DNA of 64,000 nt from Candidatus Micrarchaeota archaeon (lineage in GTDB: Archaea > Micrarchaeota > Micrarchaeia > Micrarchaeales > CABMGC01): positions 9,310 through 73,309 of the forward strand of contig JAJZND010000015.1 in assembly GCA_021848025.1 (NCBI GenBank), in the 5' to 3' direction. Each line of letters begins with the position of its first letter. The first letter of the stretch is position 1. The translations under genes and the position numbers were made by a program. Of this stretch, positions 10,970 through 21,312 are shown in pieces. The notes beneath the pieces were generated by a model. The model worked only from the letters and a program-made list of their open reading frames with translations. It had not been told where the DNA came from and made no database searches.

Positions 10970-13720
10970 TCAGCCTTTCCAGTATTTCTTTGTCCTTACA
11001 AATTCCTTTTGGGCATATATAAGGTCTTTTATAAATGCCTTATTCTCCATTTTCATCATCCTGAGTATCCTAGAGGCAGTCTCAAGCCCGATGCCATAAG
11101 TCAGCAATGCAATAACGGCTCTGGAACCATAAGCGCTTACAAGTCCTGAGCAGCGTATCATTTCTCTATAGCAGTCAATCTCAAGCCGTGTCATTTTAGA
11201 GCCCTTGGCCTTTTTCCTCAGCACTTCAGGATAGTTCTCTTTCGAGATCGAAACCATAGCGCTTCCGCATGATGGGCAAACAATGTGTTTTTCCACTTCT
11301 ATGCTGATGTCTTCCCTGAATTCAAAGCCGCAGTATGTGCAGATTAACATCACGCTTCTCGAGTTGAATCTGGTCAGGAAATACTCTATCTCCATGTCCG
11401 GATTGCTTTTCATGGAAAGCAGCTCCCCGTACCTTAAGTAAGGCCTCATTATCTCTATCGAAAGCGGAGAGTTTACATAGCTAAACACTTCAATCTGCAT
11501 ATGCCCGTTTACAATGGAATCTATGAAGCGTAGTGCAGTTTCATAGTCAAAATAATTCTTCTTCAGGTCCCGTATAGTCTCGGCTTCTATCACAGAACCT
11601 CTATAAAAATTAATCAGCTTGGTCGCCATGCTCCTGGTAACTCCTGCCCTCTTCTCAACAACTCCGAAGAGCTTTGCAATCTGTACGAATTTGTACCTAT
11701 ACAGGTCGGACCACTCGGAAAATACCAGGCGCTCCCAGGCAGCGTAATTGGTCCGCATCCCGGCAAGCAGTTTTTTAATGTCTGCCTTGCGCGATCCGCC
11801 ATGCATATCCAGTATTACAGCATAAGGAGATGCCCGCGCATTTACCTTAAATCCAAGATTTGCAGAAATAAAGCCAGAAATTACCTTGGAGATAAATTCA
11901 TTGGCCATGGTTCCCAGCGGCAAATATATTATTGCGTAATCCTCCAATTCTTCTATTACAAGTGTGCCTTCTTTGGGCATGAAGAAGCCCTTCTGGCCCT
12001 GCCTGAAATCAGAGAGCTCATTGGCGGTCCGATCATCCAGATCCGATTTCACATTATCGAAAAGTATCCCGAAGCACCGCCTTGCCACCTTTTCAGAGAC
12101 CGGAATCTCCTCCCCTTCCCACGCGGGCACGACGGCATCAAGATCCACCCCTGGCTCCACAAATACAACGTCCTCGTCTATGCTAACGACCTTCCACGGC
12201 ATGCCTTTTGTTATAAACACCGCGCCTTCATCTATATTGTCATATACAAATTTCTCATCAAGCGTGGATATTATCCTGTTGCTCAGAACATTCTTGACTT
12301 TGAATTTTATGTAATCAGGTATAACTGTTATGTTCTCTATAAAGTAGGATCTCGTTCTTTCCGAAATCCCAATACGGCCGTCACGAACCTTTATAAGGCG
12401 CGCCTGCTCGCCAAATTCAATAACCTTTCTGAAGGCTTCATCACTAAGCGAAGAATATGCAGAGGAGCTTTTTAACAGCTCAAAAGCATCCTTTACCTCT
12501 ATAGATCCATATTCAAGCGCAATGCCGCAGAGCTGATTCATCGCCACATCCAGTGCGTTCTGCTCCCTTCTTTGCATTTCCAGTTCCCCTTTTTCCGCAA
12601 AATAAGCAACAGAAGCGGCCTCAGCAGCGTCAAGCGGTCCTGAGACGATCACCCTGCCTACGGAGGTGCCTCCGCTCCTATGCCCTGACCTGCCCACACG
12701 CTGAATCAGCCTGGCAGCCTGCCTAGGCGATCCGTACTGTATAACCAAATCCACTGCTCCTATATCTATCCCAAGCTCAAGAGAGCTTGTGGCTACTATG
12801 CACCTGAGTTCGCCTTTCTTGAATCTTTCCTCTATAGAGATTCGCTCGTCCTTGTCAAGCGAGCCATGGTGTATGCCTATAGGGCCGAAATGCTCGATAG
12901 AATCAAGGTACATCAGTTTGCTCCCCAAGGATTCCACTATAGACCTCGTATTGGCAAAAAGTATGGTGGCCTTGGAAGCGGCGATGAGGCCTGCTACCTT
13001 CTCAATCCTGGCAACGGATTGTTCATCCAGTGAAAATTTTTCCAGAAGGCTGCGATGCTCCCGCATTGCCTTTACCGGCATCTCTATACTTATAACGGGC
13101 TTTTTCTCCTCTTCAGACCTTATTATTTCGTAATCCTGCTTTCCAAAGAGAAACGTTGCCGCTTCACCGGCATCTCCTACGGTTGCACTCAGGCCGATCC
13201 TCTGAAATTTCCCAGATCTCCTAACCAGCCTCTCGAGGCTCACCGCAAGCTGCGCACCTCTCTTGTTGTAATATAGCTCGTGCACCTCATCAACTATAAC
13301 AACAGCGAGACTCTTCAGGTGCTCCCTGAGCTTGCTTGAGAGCAAGATGCCTTGTATGCTTTCAGGAGTAGTTATCAAAAGTTGCGGAGGGCTCTCTACC
13401 TGCTTTCTCCGCTCCAGCGCACTGGTGTCGCCATGTCTGACCCCTGCTTTTATTCCAGCTTCATCGCAAAGCCACGAAATCCTATTTATAAGGTCTCTGT
13501 TCAAAGACCTGAGCGGAGTGATGTAAATCGCAAATATACCTTTCTTTTCATTTTTCTTTATCCTTTCTATCACCGGAAGGATTGCGGCCTCGGTCTTCCC
13601 GCTTCCGGTAGGCGCAAGTATGAGGCAATTCCTCCCTCTGCGCAGCGCATCAAATGAGAGTTCCTGTATCCTAGTGAACTTCCCGAATCTGCTTAGAAAT
13701 AGGGAAAAAATGTCCTGCAT
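10970..13720 (-). CDS. lhr: Lhr-type large ATP-dependent helicase (DEAD/DEAH, COG1201)
   Basis: 916 aa. Walker A APTGSGKTEA, DEVH box, SAT, QRVGRSGH; C-terminal extension with CxxC...CxxC zinc ribbon. Confidence 0.85.
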   Translation of the reverse strand: MQDIFSLFLSRFGKFTRIQELSFDALRRGRNCLILAPTGSGKTEAAILPVIERIKKNEKKGIFAIYITPLRSLNRDLINRISWLCDEAGIKAGVRHGDTSALERRKQVESPPQLLITTPESIQGILLSSKLREHLKSLAVVIVDEVHELYYNKRGAQLAVSLERLVRRSGKFQRIGLSATVGDAGEAATFLFGKQDYEIIRSEEEKKPVISIEMPVKAMREHRSLLEKFSLDEQSVARIEKVAGLIAASKATILFANTRSIVESLGSKLMYLDSIEHFGPIGIHHGSLDKDERISIEERFKKGELRCIVATSSLELGIDIGAVDLVIQYGSPRQAARLIQRVGRSGHRSGGTSVGRVIVSGPLDAAEAASVAYFAEKGELEMQRREQNALDVAMNQLCGIALEYGSIEVKDAFELLKSSSAYSSLSDEAFRKVIEFGEQARLIKVRDGRIGISERTRSYFIENITVIPDYIKFKVKNVLSNRIISTLDEKFVYDNIDEGAVFITKGMPWKVVSIDEDVVFVEPGVDLDAVVPAWEGEEIPVSEKVARRCFGILFDNVKSDLDDRTANELSDFRQGQKGFFMPKEGTLVIEELEDYAIIYLPLGTMANEFISKVISGFISANLGFKVNARASPYAVILDMHGGSRKADIKKLLAGMRTNYAAWERLVFSEWSDLYRYKFVQIAKLFGVVEKRAGVTRSMATKLINFYRGSVIEAETIRDLKKNYFDYETALRFIDSIVNGHMQIEVFSYVNSPLSIEIMRPYLRYGELLSMKSNPDMEIEYFLTRFNSRSVMLICTYCGFEFREDISIEVEKHIVCPSCGSAMVSISKENYPEVLRKKAKGSKMTRLEIDCYREMIRCSGLVSAYGSRAVIALLTYGIGLETASRILRMMKMENKAFIKDLIYAQKEFVRTKKYWKG

Positions 13721-13750
13721 CGTCTCTTCTCTCTCACAGTAGCCATCCGC

Positions 13751-15361
13751 CTATACGATATACGCGGTGCCGTTGGCAATAAAAGATTTCCTATTCAAAG
13801 TATAATTAACTGTCAGGTTGACTGCAAGTCCATTCGGATACCCTCCGATAAGCGCTCCATTGTCATAGCAACCTGCAGAAACGTTCAAAGAACCAGAGAT
13901 CGAAACATTCTTTTCTACGTGTGCATAGTCATACGGCGGCTCAAGGTAGCATCCGACGCTGCCTACCATCACGGATTGATTGAAATTGTTAGTAAGCAGC
14001 AATCCTATTGTGCCGTTACTGTATCCTACCACTGAGCATCCAAAGATTCCGGAAAAATTGCAGTTAGTCTTGCCCCCCTGGATGAACTTAAACGAGGTTC
14101 CGGTAAAGCTCATATTGTTAAGCAGGCCTATGCTGTAATTTATTTCATTTGCAGCCAACAACGTATTCGCGAAGTAAAGTGCGCTGACGTTATAGCTGCC
14201 TCTCTGCGAGGTGGTCACGAAAAGTGAAAAATTGCTGGAGAAGCCAAATACCGGCGTAGGTGCAATCGTGCAGTAATACACATTCCCTGTGTAACTCTCA
14301 GCACCATTGCATACCCTATCAAAGGGGGAATCATTCCAGACGCCAAGATATCCAAATTCCCTGTTCCTCTCAAATAATATCCCTGAGATCGCACTTCCGT
14401 TGCTGAATAAGGTATTGTATCTGCCTAACAGCATAGTGTTCGCTGGCTGCGCAACATCTATGCTTGCATTAACAGGCGCGCCATTATTCACTGAAAGCAC
14501 ATCTGTGCAGTTCAGGTAATTATCGTATCCTACTATCTTTATCCAGCCTCCTTGGTAGAGTTCACATGCTCCTGCTCCTCCGCCAAGCCCGATAAACGTT
14601 ACATTTTCCCCGCCTACCTCTATGCTCTTGTAGTTTGCATTTACCCCACTTGCAGCTTCGCCTATGAGCGGCGTTACCACCTGCGGATAGCCATACATCC
14701 ATACTGAAGCAATATCCGTGCCGTTTGCATATGATGCGCTTGCTACAGAGTAATGCAATTCGTAGACTCCAGTGAGGTTAAGCAATGCAGACATAAAGTT
14801 GTTGAATTGCCTGATGTTGGAAAGCGAGAACTGATTCATGAGATAGTTCTGGGCCAGGTAGGAAGAAACAATATACCCTACTGCTCCTCCGCTTACATTT
14901 TCATAGCTCTTTGAAATGGCATTTACTGGAAGGTTTGAGTATGGTGCGTCCACCGCAACAGGGAGCACGTTAATTGTAACGGAACTGCTGGCATTTTTTC
15001 TATCCGCTATATTGTAAAGGTTGCCGGGATCGGCGATAGCACTGATTCTATATTCGCCATTTGCTTTTGGCATGTAAGTATAATTTATAAGCTCCTCGTG
15101 CCCTGCAGGCATAGAAACGTTGTAGGTGTAAGTCAGCTGCCCATTCACATATACGCCAACGCTCAAGTCCTCCAAATTGCCTTTATAATCTTTTACCAAG
15201 ACAGGCAGGGATACCTTCTCAAGCGGATAGACCGTCACGTTGCTGGAGCTGAACCCCACACTTATATCCAGGCTTGGGTTGCTATAGATTTCACGGTACG
15301 CCACCACCGCTACCACTGCAATTATGAATACGGCTATCAATAAATATGCCTCCCTGTTCAT
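13751..15361 (-). CDS. N-terminally anchored extracellular protein, extremely rich in N-glycosylation sequons
   Basis: 536 aa. Single N-terminal hydrophobic helix (AYLLIAVFIIAVVAVVAY). I count about two dozen N-x-S/T sequons. No recognisable enzymatic motif. Confidence 0.5.
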   Translation of the reverse strand: MNREAYLLIAVFIIAVVAVVAYREIYSNPSLDISVGFSSSNVTVYPLEKVSLPVLVKDYKGNLEDLSVGVYVNGQLTYTYNVSMPAGHEELINYTYMPKANGEYRISAIADPGNLYNIADRKNASSSVTINVLPVAVDAPYSNLPVNAISKSYENVSGGAVGYIVSSYLAQNYLMNQFSLSNIRQFNNFMSALLNLTGVYELHYSVASASYANGTDIASVWMYGYPQVVTPLIGEAASGVNANYKSIEVGGENVTFIGLGGGAGACELYQGGWIKIVGYDNYLNCTDVLSVNNGAPVNASIDVAQPANTMLLGRYNTLFSNGSAISGILFERNREFGYLGVWNDSPFDRVCNGAESYTGNVYYCTIAPTPVFGFSSNFSLFVTTSQRGSYNVSALYFANTLLAANEINYSIGLLNNMSFTGTSFKFIQGGKTNCNFSGIFGCSVVGYSNGTIGLLLTNNFNQSVMVGSVGCYLEPPYDYAHVEKNVSISGSLNVSAGCYDNGALIGGYPNGLAVNLTVNYTLNRKSFIANGTAYIV

Positions 15362-15373
15362 TCGACTCCCTTT

Positions 15374-15862
15374 CTATCTCATACTATTTAATGCATTCTT
15401 GCCCTTCATGTCTCCTATAACCTGCCCTATCTTGTCCGAAACTTCATTGTAAAACGACTCAAAGACCGACTTGGACCATACTGAGGGGTCGAATCTGTCC
15501 CCGTATCCCGGAGGCCTAAAGTAAAAACGCCCTTTGCTGTTTTCTATCAACCCGGTTTTCTTCATCCTTAAAAGATGGTACCTGAGCGTCTTTTCATTTA
15601 TCTTCTCCCAGCTCGCGTTTATATATTCAGTCATCTCCTTCACGCTTGGGTCATGCCTCTTTATGAATTGGAAATACACCATAGAATCAAGCACCGCAAG
15701 CGAGCCCAGCCTCGATTCTCCCGGGTTTATTATGCCCATGGAGAGAGCAAGCCACCTTATGGCAGAGCGCCTGGTCTCAAGCACTTCCTTGCTAAGCCTT
15801 AAATTTCTTACAGTCAGCTCCTTTTCTATAAGGCCTGCTTCGTTGAGTTCCACTCGAATCAC
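15374..15862 (-). CDS. hypothetical protein, possible winged-helix DNA-binding protein
   Basis: 162 aa. The segment EKTLRYHLLRMKKTGLIENSKGRFYF resembles a wHTH recognition helix plus wing. Confidence 0.35.
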   Translation of the reverse strand: MIRVELNEAGLIEKELTVRNLRLSKEVLETRRSAIRWLALSMGIINPGESRLGSLAVLDSMVYFQFIKRHDPSVKEMTEYINASWEKINEKTLRYHLLRMKKTGLIENSKGRFYFRPPGYGDRFDPSVWSKSVFESFYNEVSDKIGQVIGDMKGKNALNSMR

Positions 15863-15943
15863 ACTTATTGGGCAGGTAATATATTAATAGTTAACGCAAA
15901 AATATGCGTCTGCAACAGAAGAAGCAAGCAACCCAAAGCCATA

Positions 15944-16263
15944 TTAGGAGAGCGTCATTTCTATCTGCACTGTATCAGGCACTGAAATCCGCATTACCTG
16001 CCTGAGCGCAGCTTCATTGCCGTCTATCTCCACCACCCATTTATGTATGCGCATCTCCCAGTGTTCGTAAGTGTGCGAGCCGTCTCCGCAAGGAGTTTTC
16101 CTTGTAGAGATATTGAGCCTTTTGGTGGGCAGAGGTATCGGGCCTTTATATTTGATGCCCAGTGTTTTTGCAATCTCAACAATCTGCCTGGTTATGTCCC
16201 TCACTGCGTCCTTGCTCCTGCTTATTAATTTTATCCTTGCAACTGGTATGGAATCGCCTTCAA
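15944..16263 (-). CDS. rps10: 30S ribosomal protein S10 (start unresolved; apparent 1-nt frame problem near 16243)
   Basis: The track ORF (GTG 16204) gives ...[34 protein letters not shown]. The conserved first strand ARIKL is encoded upstream in frame, with no ATG/GTG/TTG before it. A TTG at 16263 overlaps the tuf stop but lies in another frame. Confidence 0.8.
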
Positions 16264-17528
16264 GCCCTCTTAACTACATCAAGCACTACTCCTGCCGCTA
16301 CTGTCTGTCCCATATCCCTTATTGCAAATCTGCCAAGGTGGGCAAACTCGCTATACTTCTCAACTACAACTGGCTTGCTTGGCTTTACCCTGACTATTGC
16401 GACATCGCCGTTCTTTATGAACTCTGGATTCTTCTGGAGGGTCTGGCCTGTTTTAGGATCCTTCTTCTCCACTATCTCCACAATTGTCGCAGCAATCTGC
16501 GCAGTATGTATATGGAATACGGGCGTGTAGCCAGGCGCAATCGCGGTAGGATGGTTAATTACAACTATCTGGGCGGTAAACTCAGTGGCAACCGTCGGCG
16601 GGCTTGTTGTAGGCCCAACAACGTCTCCTCTCTTCATGTCCTTCTTGTCAACGCCCTTTACGTTGAAGCCGACATTGTCTCCAGGCTCTGCCTTCTGCAA
16701 CGCCTGCTTATGCATTTCGATGCTCTTTACCTCTGTCTTGACCCCGCTCGGCATTATGACTACAGTTTCTCCAGGCTTCATTACTCCTGATTCAACCCTT
16801 CCTACTGGAACTGTTCCGAATCCCTGTATAGTATATACATCCTGTATAGGAAGCCTGAGCGGCTTATCGGTAGGCTTTGGAGGCACTACGAAAGTATCAA
16901 GTGCAGCAAGAAGAGTAGGGCCATTGTACCATGGCAGCTTCTCCGACTTCGTTGCCACGTTGTCTCCCTGCAGAGCAGAGTACGGAACAAAATTTATCTT
17001 TGTAACGTCATATCCTACAGACTTAAGCAGCTCGCTAACCTTGGCTTTGGCATCTTCATACTTCGCTTTATCATAGCCTGCTGCGTCTATCTTGTTCAAC
17101 CCTACTATTATCTGGTTTATTCCCAGCACTTTGGCCAAGTATGCGTGCTCCCTTGTCTGCGACTGGACGCCATCTATGGATGAGACAACCAGCACTGCGC
17201 AATCTGCCTGGCTTGCCCCTGTAATCATGTTCTTCACGAAGTCCCTGTGTCCTGGAGCATCTATTATTGTGAAATAGTATTTTGGCGTCTGGAAGTCTCT
17301 GTGCATTATGTCTATTGTTATGCCTCGCTCCCTCTCCTCCTTAAGCTGATCCATTACGAATGCAAATTCGAATGTAGGCCTGTTGTATTTTGTGACGTCT
17401 TCCTTTATCTTCTTCATATCCTGTTCAGAGATGGTCTTCGTATCGTAAAGAAGCCTTCCTACTGTAGTAGACTTTCCGTGGTCTATGTGTCCGATAAAAA
17501 TTAAATTCAGGTGCGGTTTTTCTGCCAT
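16260..17528 (-). CDS. tuf: translation elongation factor EF-1 alpha
   Basis: Start taken at [21 protein letters not shown] (ATG 17528); the longer track ORF adds 30 non-homologous residues. G1-G4 GTPase motifs are present. Confidence 0.95.
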   Translation of the reverse strand: MAEKPHLNLIFIGHIDHGKSTTVGRLLYDTKTISEQDMKKIKEDVTKYNRPTFEFAFVMDQLKEERERGITIDIMHRDFQTPKYYFTIIDAPGHRDFVKNMITGASQADCAVLVVSSIDGVQSQTREHAYLAKVLGINQIIVGLNKIDAAGYDKAKYEDAKAKVSELLKSVGYDVTKINFVPYSALQGDNVATKSEKLPWYNGPTLLAALDTFVVPPKPTDKPLRLPIQDVYTIQGFGTVPVGRVESGVMKPGETVVIMPSGVKTEVKSIEMHKQALQKAEPGDNVGFNVKGVDKKDMKRGDVVGPTTSPPTVATEFTAQIVVINHPTAIAPGYTPVFHIHTAQIAATIVEIVEKKDPKTGQTLQKNPEFIKNGDVAIVRVKPSKPVVVEKYSEFAHLGRFAIRDMGQTVAAGVVLDVVKRA

Positions 17529-17743
17529 TTGTATCATCTTTGCATATTTCAATATCCAATTCAATTCACATATATTTAAACCTAAGCTAAACCTAAAAGG
17601 AGCCCAGAAGGTAAGCAAATGTTCTTATATGCTGGTTGATAATTATATCTGATAATATATATAAATCTATGCATACACGTCGCAGTTGTCTCTGCTAAAG
17701 ATCCATTTAGGCCGCAGAAGCCATGTAACAACAAATAGAATAG

Positions 17744-18265
17744 ATGCGATACATGTTCAAATATTACGACCTAGTATACCTGGAAAGTATACCTGAAAAA
17801 CTTGCCGAAAGGCTAGGCTACAAGAAGATCTTTACCACAAAAGAGATAAACATACTTGATTCTGTGCCTCATTCAAGCCCTGCAAAGTTCATACTCGCAT
17901 CAAAGAACCCGGGCGAGCTCATGAAAGCCTTAAAGTCAAATGAGGTAGCAGGCCTCGTCATACCTGACAATGAGGTAATCCGGAAGGTTTTCGAGGCTGC
18001 TCGGGAGTCTTCTGTGCCGCTCTTTATCACAGCTTCGGATCTTACTATGCCAAGCCGCTACAGGCCTAGAAACATAGCGAGGGCGCGCATCTTCCTGTCG
18101 CAGGCAAGACGCTATGGCGCAGATATAGGAATAATAACGCTTTCAAAAAGCAAGGAGTACATGATGTCAAGCATGCAGCTCATAAGCCTGTCTATGGCCA
18201 TAGGCGCAGACGAAGCATATGCGAGAAAGATGGTAAGCCTGCTGGAAACCTGCGATGTGGTGTAA
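17744..18265 (+). CDS. rnp3: RNase P protein component 3 (Rpp30-like), tentative
   Basis: 173 aa alpha/beta protein immediately upstream of a Pop5-like gene, the conserved archaeal pairing. The sequence alone is weakly diagnostic. Confidence 0.55.
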   Translation: MRYMFKYYDLVYLESIPEKLAERLGYKKIFTTKEINILDSVPHSSPAKFILASKNPGELMKALKSNEVAGLVIPDNEVIRKVFEAARESSVPLFITASDLTMPSRYRPRNIARARIFLSQARRYGADIGIITLSKSKEYMMSSMQLISLSMAIGADEAYARKMVSLLETCDVV

Positions 18266-18266
18266 A

Positions 18267-18584
18267 ATGATAACAAAGAGAAAGATAAGGTACATACTCG
18301 TGGAGTCCTCAGAACCTATAGACGCCGGCGCAAATTTCCTGCAGATAAGGGACGGCATTGCGCATTTTATCGGAGAGCTTGGTGCAGTCGAGGCAAACAT
18401 ACGCTTCATAAAGCAGTATGAGCCTGCCCTGTTCGCTATCTCGGTCAACAGGGGCACGGAAAAGAAAGCTGTGGTCGCATTTTCAATGGTCAAGCAGGTA
18501 AACGGCAGGCCTATTGGCTTCTATACGCTAAAAACCTCAGGCACGCTCAGGAGCATAAGCGATTTTGCCGCAACCCTGGGCTAG
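18267..18584 (+). CDS. rnp2: RNase P protein component 2 (Pop5-like)
   Basis: MITKRKIRYILVESS... matches the N-terminal K/R-RYI-x-E signature of Pop5. ATG 18267 directly follows the upstream stop (18263-18265). Confidence 0.65.
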   Translation: MITKRKIRYILVESSEPIDAGANFLQIRDGIAHFIGELGAVEANIRFIKQYEPALFAISVNRGTEKKAVVAFSMVKQVNGRPIGFYTLKTSGTLRSISDFAATLG

Positions 18585-18745
18585 CACTGGATTTATCGTG
18601 CAGTTTCCTGCATGGCTTTGCAAACAAAGTGGCTCAATCAGCGAATTTAAGAGCAGCTCCTGTATCCAAAAAGATTAAATAACTTATCAGGCAGATAATT
18701 AGAATTACTACTAAGTCTTCAGTATCCTATATACTAACTGACTTA

Positions 18746-19123
18746 TTGTATGGTGAATATATGCATATAAGCGAACTTAAGGCTGGCGCTTCAAACGTAG
18801 AGCTTGAAGCAATAGTCTCTGAGAAAAGTGAACCAAGAGAAGTAATAACGAAGTATGGAAAGAGGCTGAACGTGGCAAACGCGGTGCTTAAAGACGAAAC
18901 CGGAAGTATAGCTATCTCTCTCTGGGGCAATGACATAAACAGCATAAACGTCGGTGATAAAGTAAAGGTCTCCAACGGCTATGTGGGAGAATTCAGAGGC
19001 ACACCCCAACTCTCAACAGGCAAATACGGCAAGATAGAGGTAATAGAAAAAGGAGAGGGTGCAGCATCTTCGGAAACTTCTGAAAAAGAGGAAGCCCCTG
19101 CAGACGAGGAAGAGGAATTCTAA
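18746..19123 (+). CDS. single OB-fold ssDNA-binding protein with acidic C-terminal tail
   Basis: 125 aa. OB-fold pattern (NVELEAIV...VANAVLKDETGSIAISLWGN...VKVSNGYVGEFRG) and tail EEAPADEEEEF. Confidence 0.65.
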   Translation: MYGEYMHISELKAGASNVELEAIVSEKSEPREVITKYGKRLNVANAVLKDETGSIAISLWGNDINSINVGDKVKVSNGYVGEFRGTPQLSTGKYGKIEVIEKGEGAASSETSEKEEAPADEEEEF

Positions 19124-19162
19124 TCCACCTTCAAATTAAACAGATAAAGTAATCTGCTGCTT

Positions 19163-19840
19163 TCACTCATCATTTGCTGGTTTATCTGTTTTGACCAGGC
19201 TTTTTATAGCGTTGAAAGCATACGGAGCATCATCCTCGTCAATCATGAATATCTCTTCAGTGAATGTAGACACTACTTCTGCTATGTTTATGTTCTCCCA
19301 GGACAGTGCCTTAGTGAGATTGTAAAGCAATCCGAGCGAATCCGATTCCTCAGGAGAAATCCTCACAATCAGCGAAGCCAGGTGCCCTATTATCTTGAGC
19401 GCATTTCCCTCTCCAAATACCCTGACTATCCTATTTCTGTATTTTGCATTTGAAATCAGCGTAATCTCATAAAGACCCTGCGTTACCGTAAGGAAGTCGC
19501 CTCTGGAAAAATCAACAATTCTGTATATCTCCGAAACCTTCTTTATGTTATCGGGGCTCTTTGCAACTGTAACCTCAAAGACATCCGATATTATGGCTAT
19601 CTCAGAATTTTTAAGCTGGAGAGGTGCACTGCCCACGAAACTGTCCTTCAGCTGGTCCTTCAGTCTTCTAAGCGCCATTATGATGGCATACCTGTTAACC
19701 TTCCTCCTCAGCGCCTTCTCCACTTCCGGCTGGATCATGTCTGCCAGGTATGCATAGTTTACTATCTCCCTCACAAGCGCCTCCTCTATGAAAGGCTTCT
19801 TTCTTATCATAGCAGAGACGACCTGGGCAACGTTAACCAT
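19163..19840 (-). CDS. ACT-domain-like protein of unknown function
   Basis: Start taken at MVNVAQVV. C-terminal segments (LASLIVRISPEE..., INIAEVVSTFTEEIFMIDEDD) look like ACT ligand-binding repeats. Divergent from the aspartokinase genes. Confidence 0.4.
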   Translation of the reverse strand: MVNVAQVVSAMIRKKPFIEEALVREIVNYAYLADMIQPEVEKALRRKVNRYAIIMALRRLKDQLKDSFVGSAPLQLKNSEIAIISDVFEVTVAKSPDNIKKVSEIYRIVDFSRGDFLTVTQGLYEITLISNAKYRNRIVRVFGEGNALKIIGHLASLIVRISPEESDSLGLLYNLTKALSWENINIAEVVSTFTEEIFMIDEDDAPYAFNAIKSLVKTDKPANDE

Positions 19841-19966
19841 TATACCGCCATACTGCCAGCGTATTGCACCTATACGCAGATCCAAAGCCCAAATACATCG
19901 ATTTCAGGATTGGATAATCTAATTTAAATATTTGTTACTGGCGATTTGATAATGCCTCAAAGCCGC

Positions 19967-21312
19967 GTGTATAAAATGATTATAATGAAGTTCGGAGGCT
20001 CCTCTGTGGCAGATGAGCAAAAAATCAACAATGTAGCAGAGATTGTAAAGGCGCGGGCTGCGGAAAATCCCGTAGTGGTTGTTTCCGCGCTAGGCGGCGT
20101 CACCGATTCACTGCTCAAAGCAGCAAAACTTGCCCAATCTTCAGATTGGAAAGAAGCAGCACAGAAGGTCATAAGCCGCCATAGAAATGTACTTCATTCA
20201 TTAAGGCTAGAAAGCAGTATGCTTGATGAAGATATCTCAGAACTTGAAAACACTCTCTCCGCAATCTCATCAAAAAAACAGCTTAGCCGGAGCGCTCTTG
20301 ACTTAGTGGCATCATTCGGAGAAAGGATGTCAAGCAAGATAGTTGCGGCATGCATAAGAAGCAAGGGCATGAAGTGCGCAGCATATAACGCCTACGACAT
20401 AGGCATGGTAACGGATTCAAACTTCGGAAATGCGGACATCCTGCCTGAAACGTACGGCGCAATAAGAAGGGAGCTCTCAAGAATAGGCAAGGGCACAATA
20501 CCTGTTATAACAGGTTATATAGGCAAGGACAGAAACGGAGGGATTACCACCTTGGGGAGAGGCGGAAGCTACTACACAGCATCGATAATCGGCGCAGCAA
20601 TCGGCGCAGAAGAGATACAGATATGGACAGATGTCAATGGCATAATGACCGCAGATCCGAACGTGGTAAAAGACGCCCGCAATATCAAAGAGATCTCATA
20701 TCAGGAAGAAGCAGAGCTTGAGTTCCTTGGAGCCAAAACCCTGCATCCAAAAGGCATACTCCCTGCCATGCAGCACGGCATATTTGTAAGGGTTCTTAAC
20801 ACTATGAATACAGGCGATAGCGGTACCAAGATATGCAATGACATAGGCGAAGATAGCCGCGTAGCTTCTATAACATCAAGGAGCGGAATAGACGCCATCA
20901 TTCTGCTAAAAGGCGATATGCTTAGCCAGGAGACGATACCATGCACCAGGCCATTGGCATATTAAAGGAGCACCGCATCGGAGTAGATTTAATACTTACC
21001 TCAAGATCCACGATAACCATAGTCATAGACAACGGCCCTGCGCAAGAGGTCGGGGAAGCGCTTAAAGAGTTAAATGCGCTGGGCGAAGCCACGCTTAAAA
21101 GAGGCCTTTCAAAGGTCTCTCTCGTAGGCAAGTCGGTAAGCTCTATACGTGGCATAAATGCCCGCATCCTATCTTCGGTGAAAGATCTAAGCATTAGCGC
21201 AGTCTCGTTTGGAGGTTCAGAGAATAGCGAGAGCTTCCTTGTCAAGCAGGAAGATGCAGAAAAGGCCATACGCCAGCTGCACAGGGAATTTTTTAAGCAC
21301 AAAGGCAAGTAA
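19967..21312 (+). pseudogene. lysC: aspartokinase paralog 1, interrupted by a -1 frame change near 20926 and carrying GRGGSY in place of GRGGSD
   Basis: Track ORFs 19946-20965 (kinase domain, KFGGSSV, SALGGVTD) and 20941-21312 (ACT domains) lie in different frames. Frame 1 opens at 20926 (PGDDTMHQAIGILKEHRIGVDLI) right after ...GDMLS in frame 2. Confidence 0.75.
20311..20659 (+). repeat. 349-nt block near-identical to 21786-22134 (gene-conversion tract between aspartokinase paralogs)
   Basis: By eye only 3 mismatches: ata ggc vs cta ggt, and tac vs gac. Flanking coding sequence is far more diverged, and the two identical antisense track ORFs (20283-20498 / 21758-21973) reflect this block. 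Confidence 0.9.

Noticed and set aside
16071-16790. 239-aa plus-strand ORF
   Set aside because: It lies antisense to S10 and tuf and has no motif.
18599-18614. 15-nt match GCAGTTTCCTGCATG shared with 58671-58685
   Set aside because: A single 15-mer match is within chance expectation for a 64-kb window searched on both strands. At 18596-18613 it is simply part of a post-gene hairpin.
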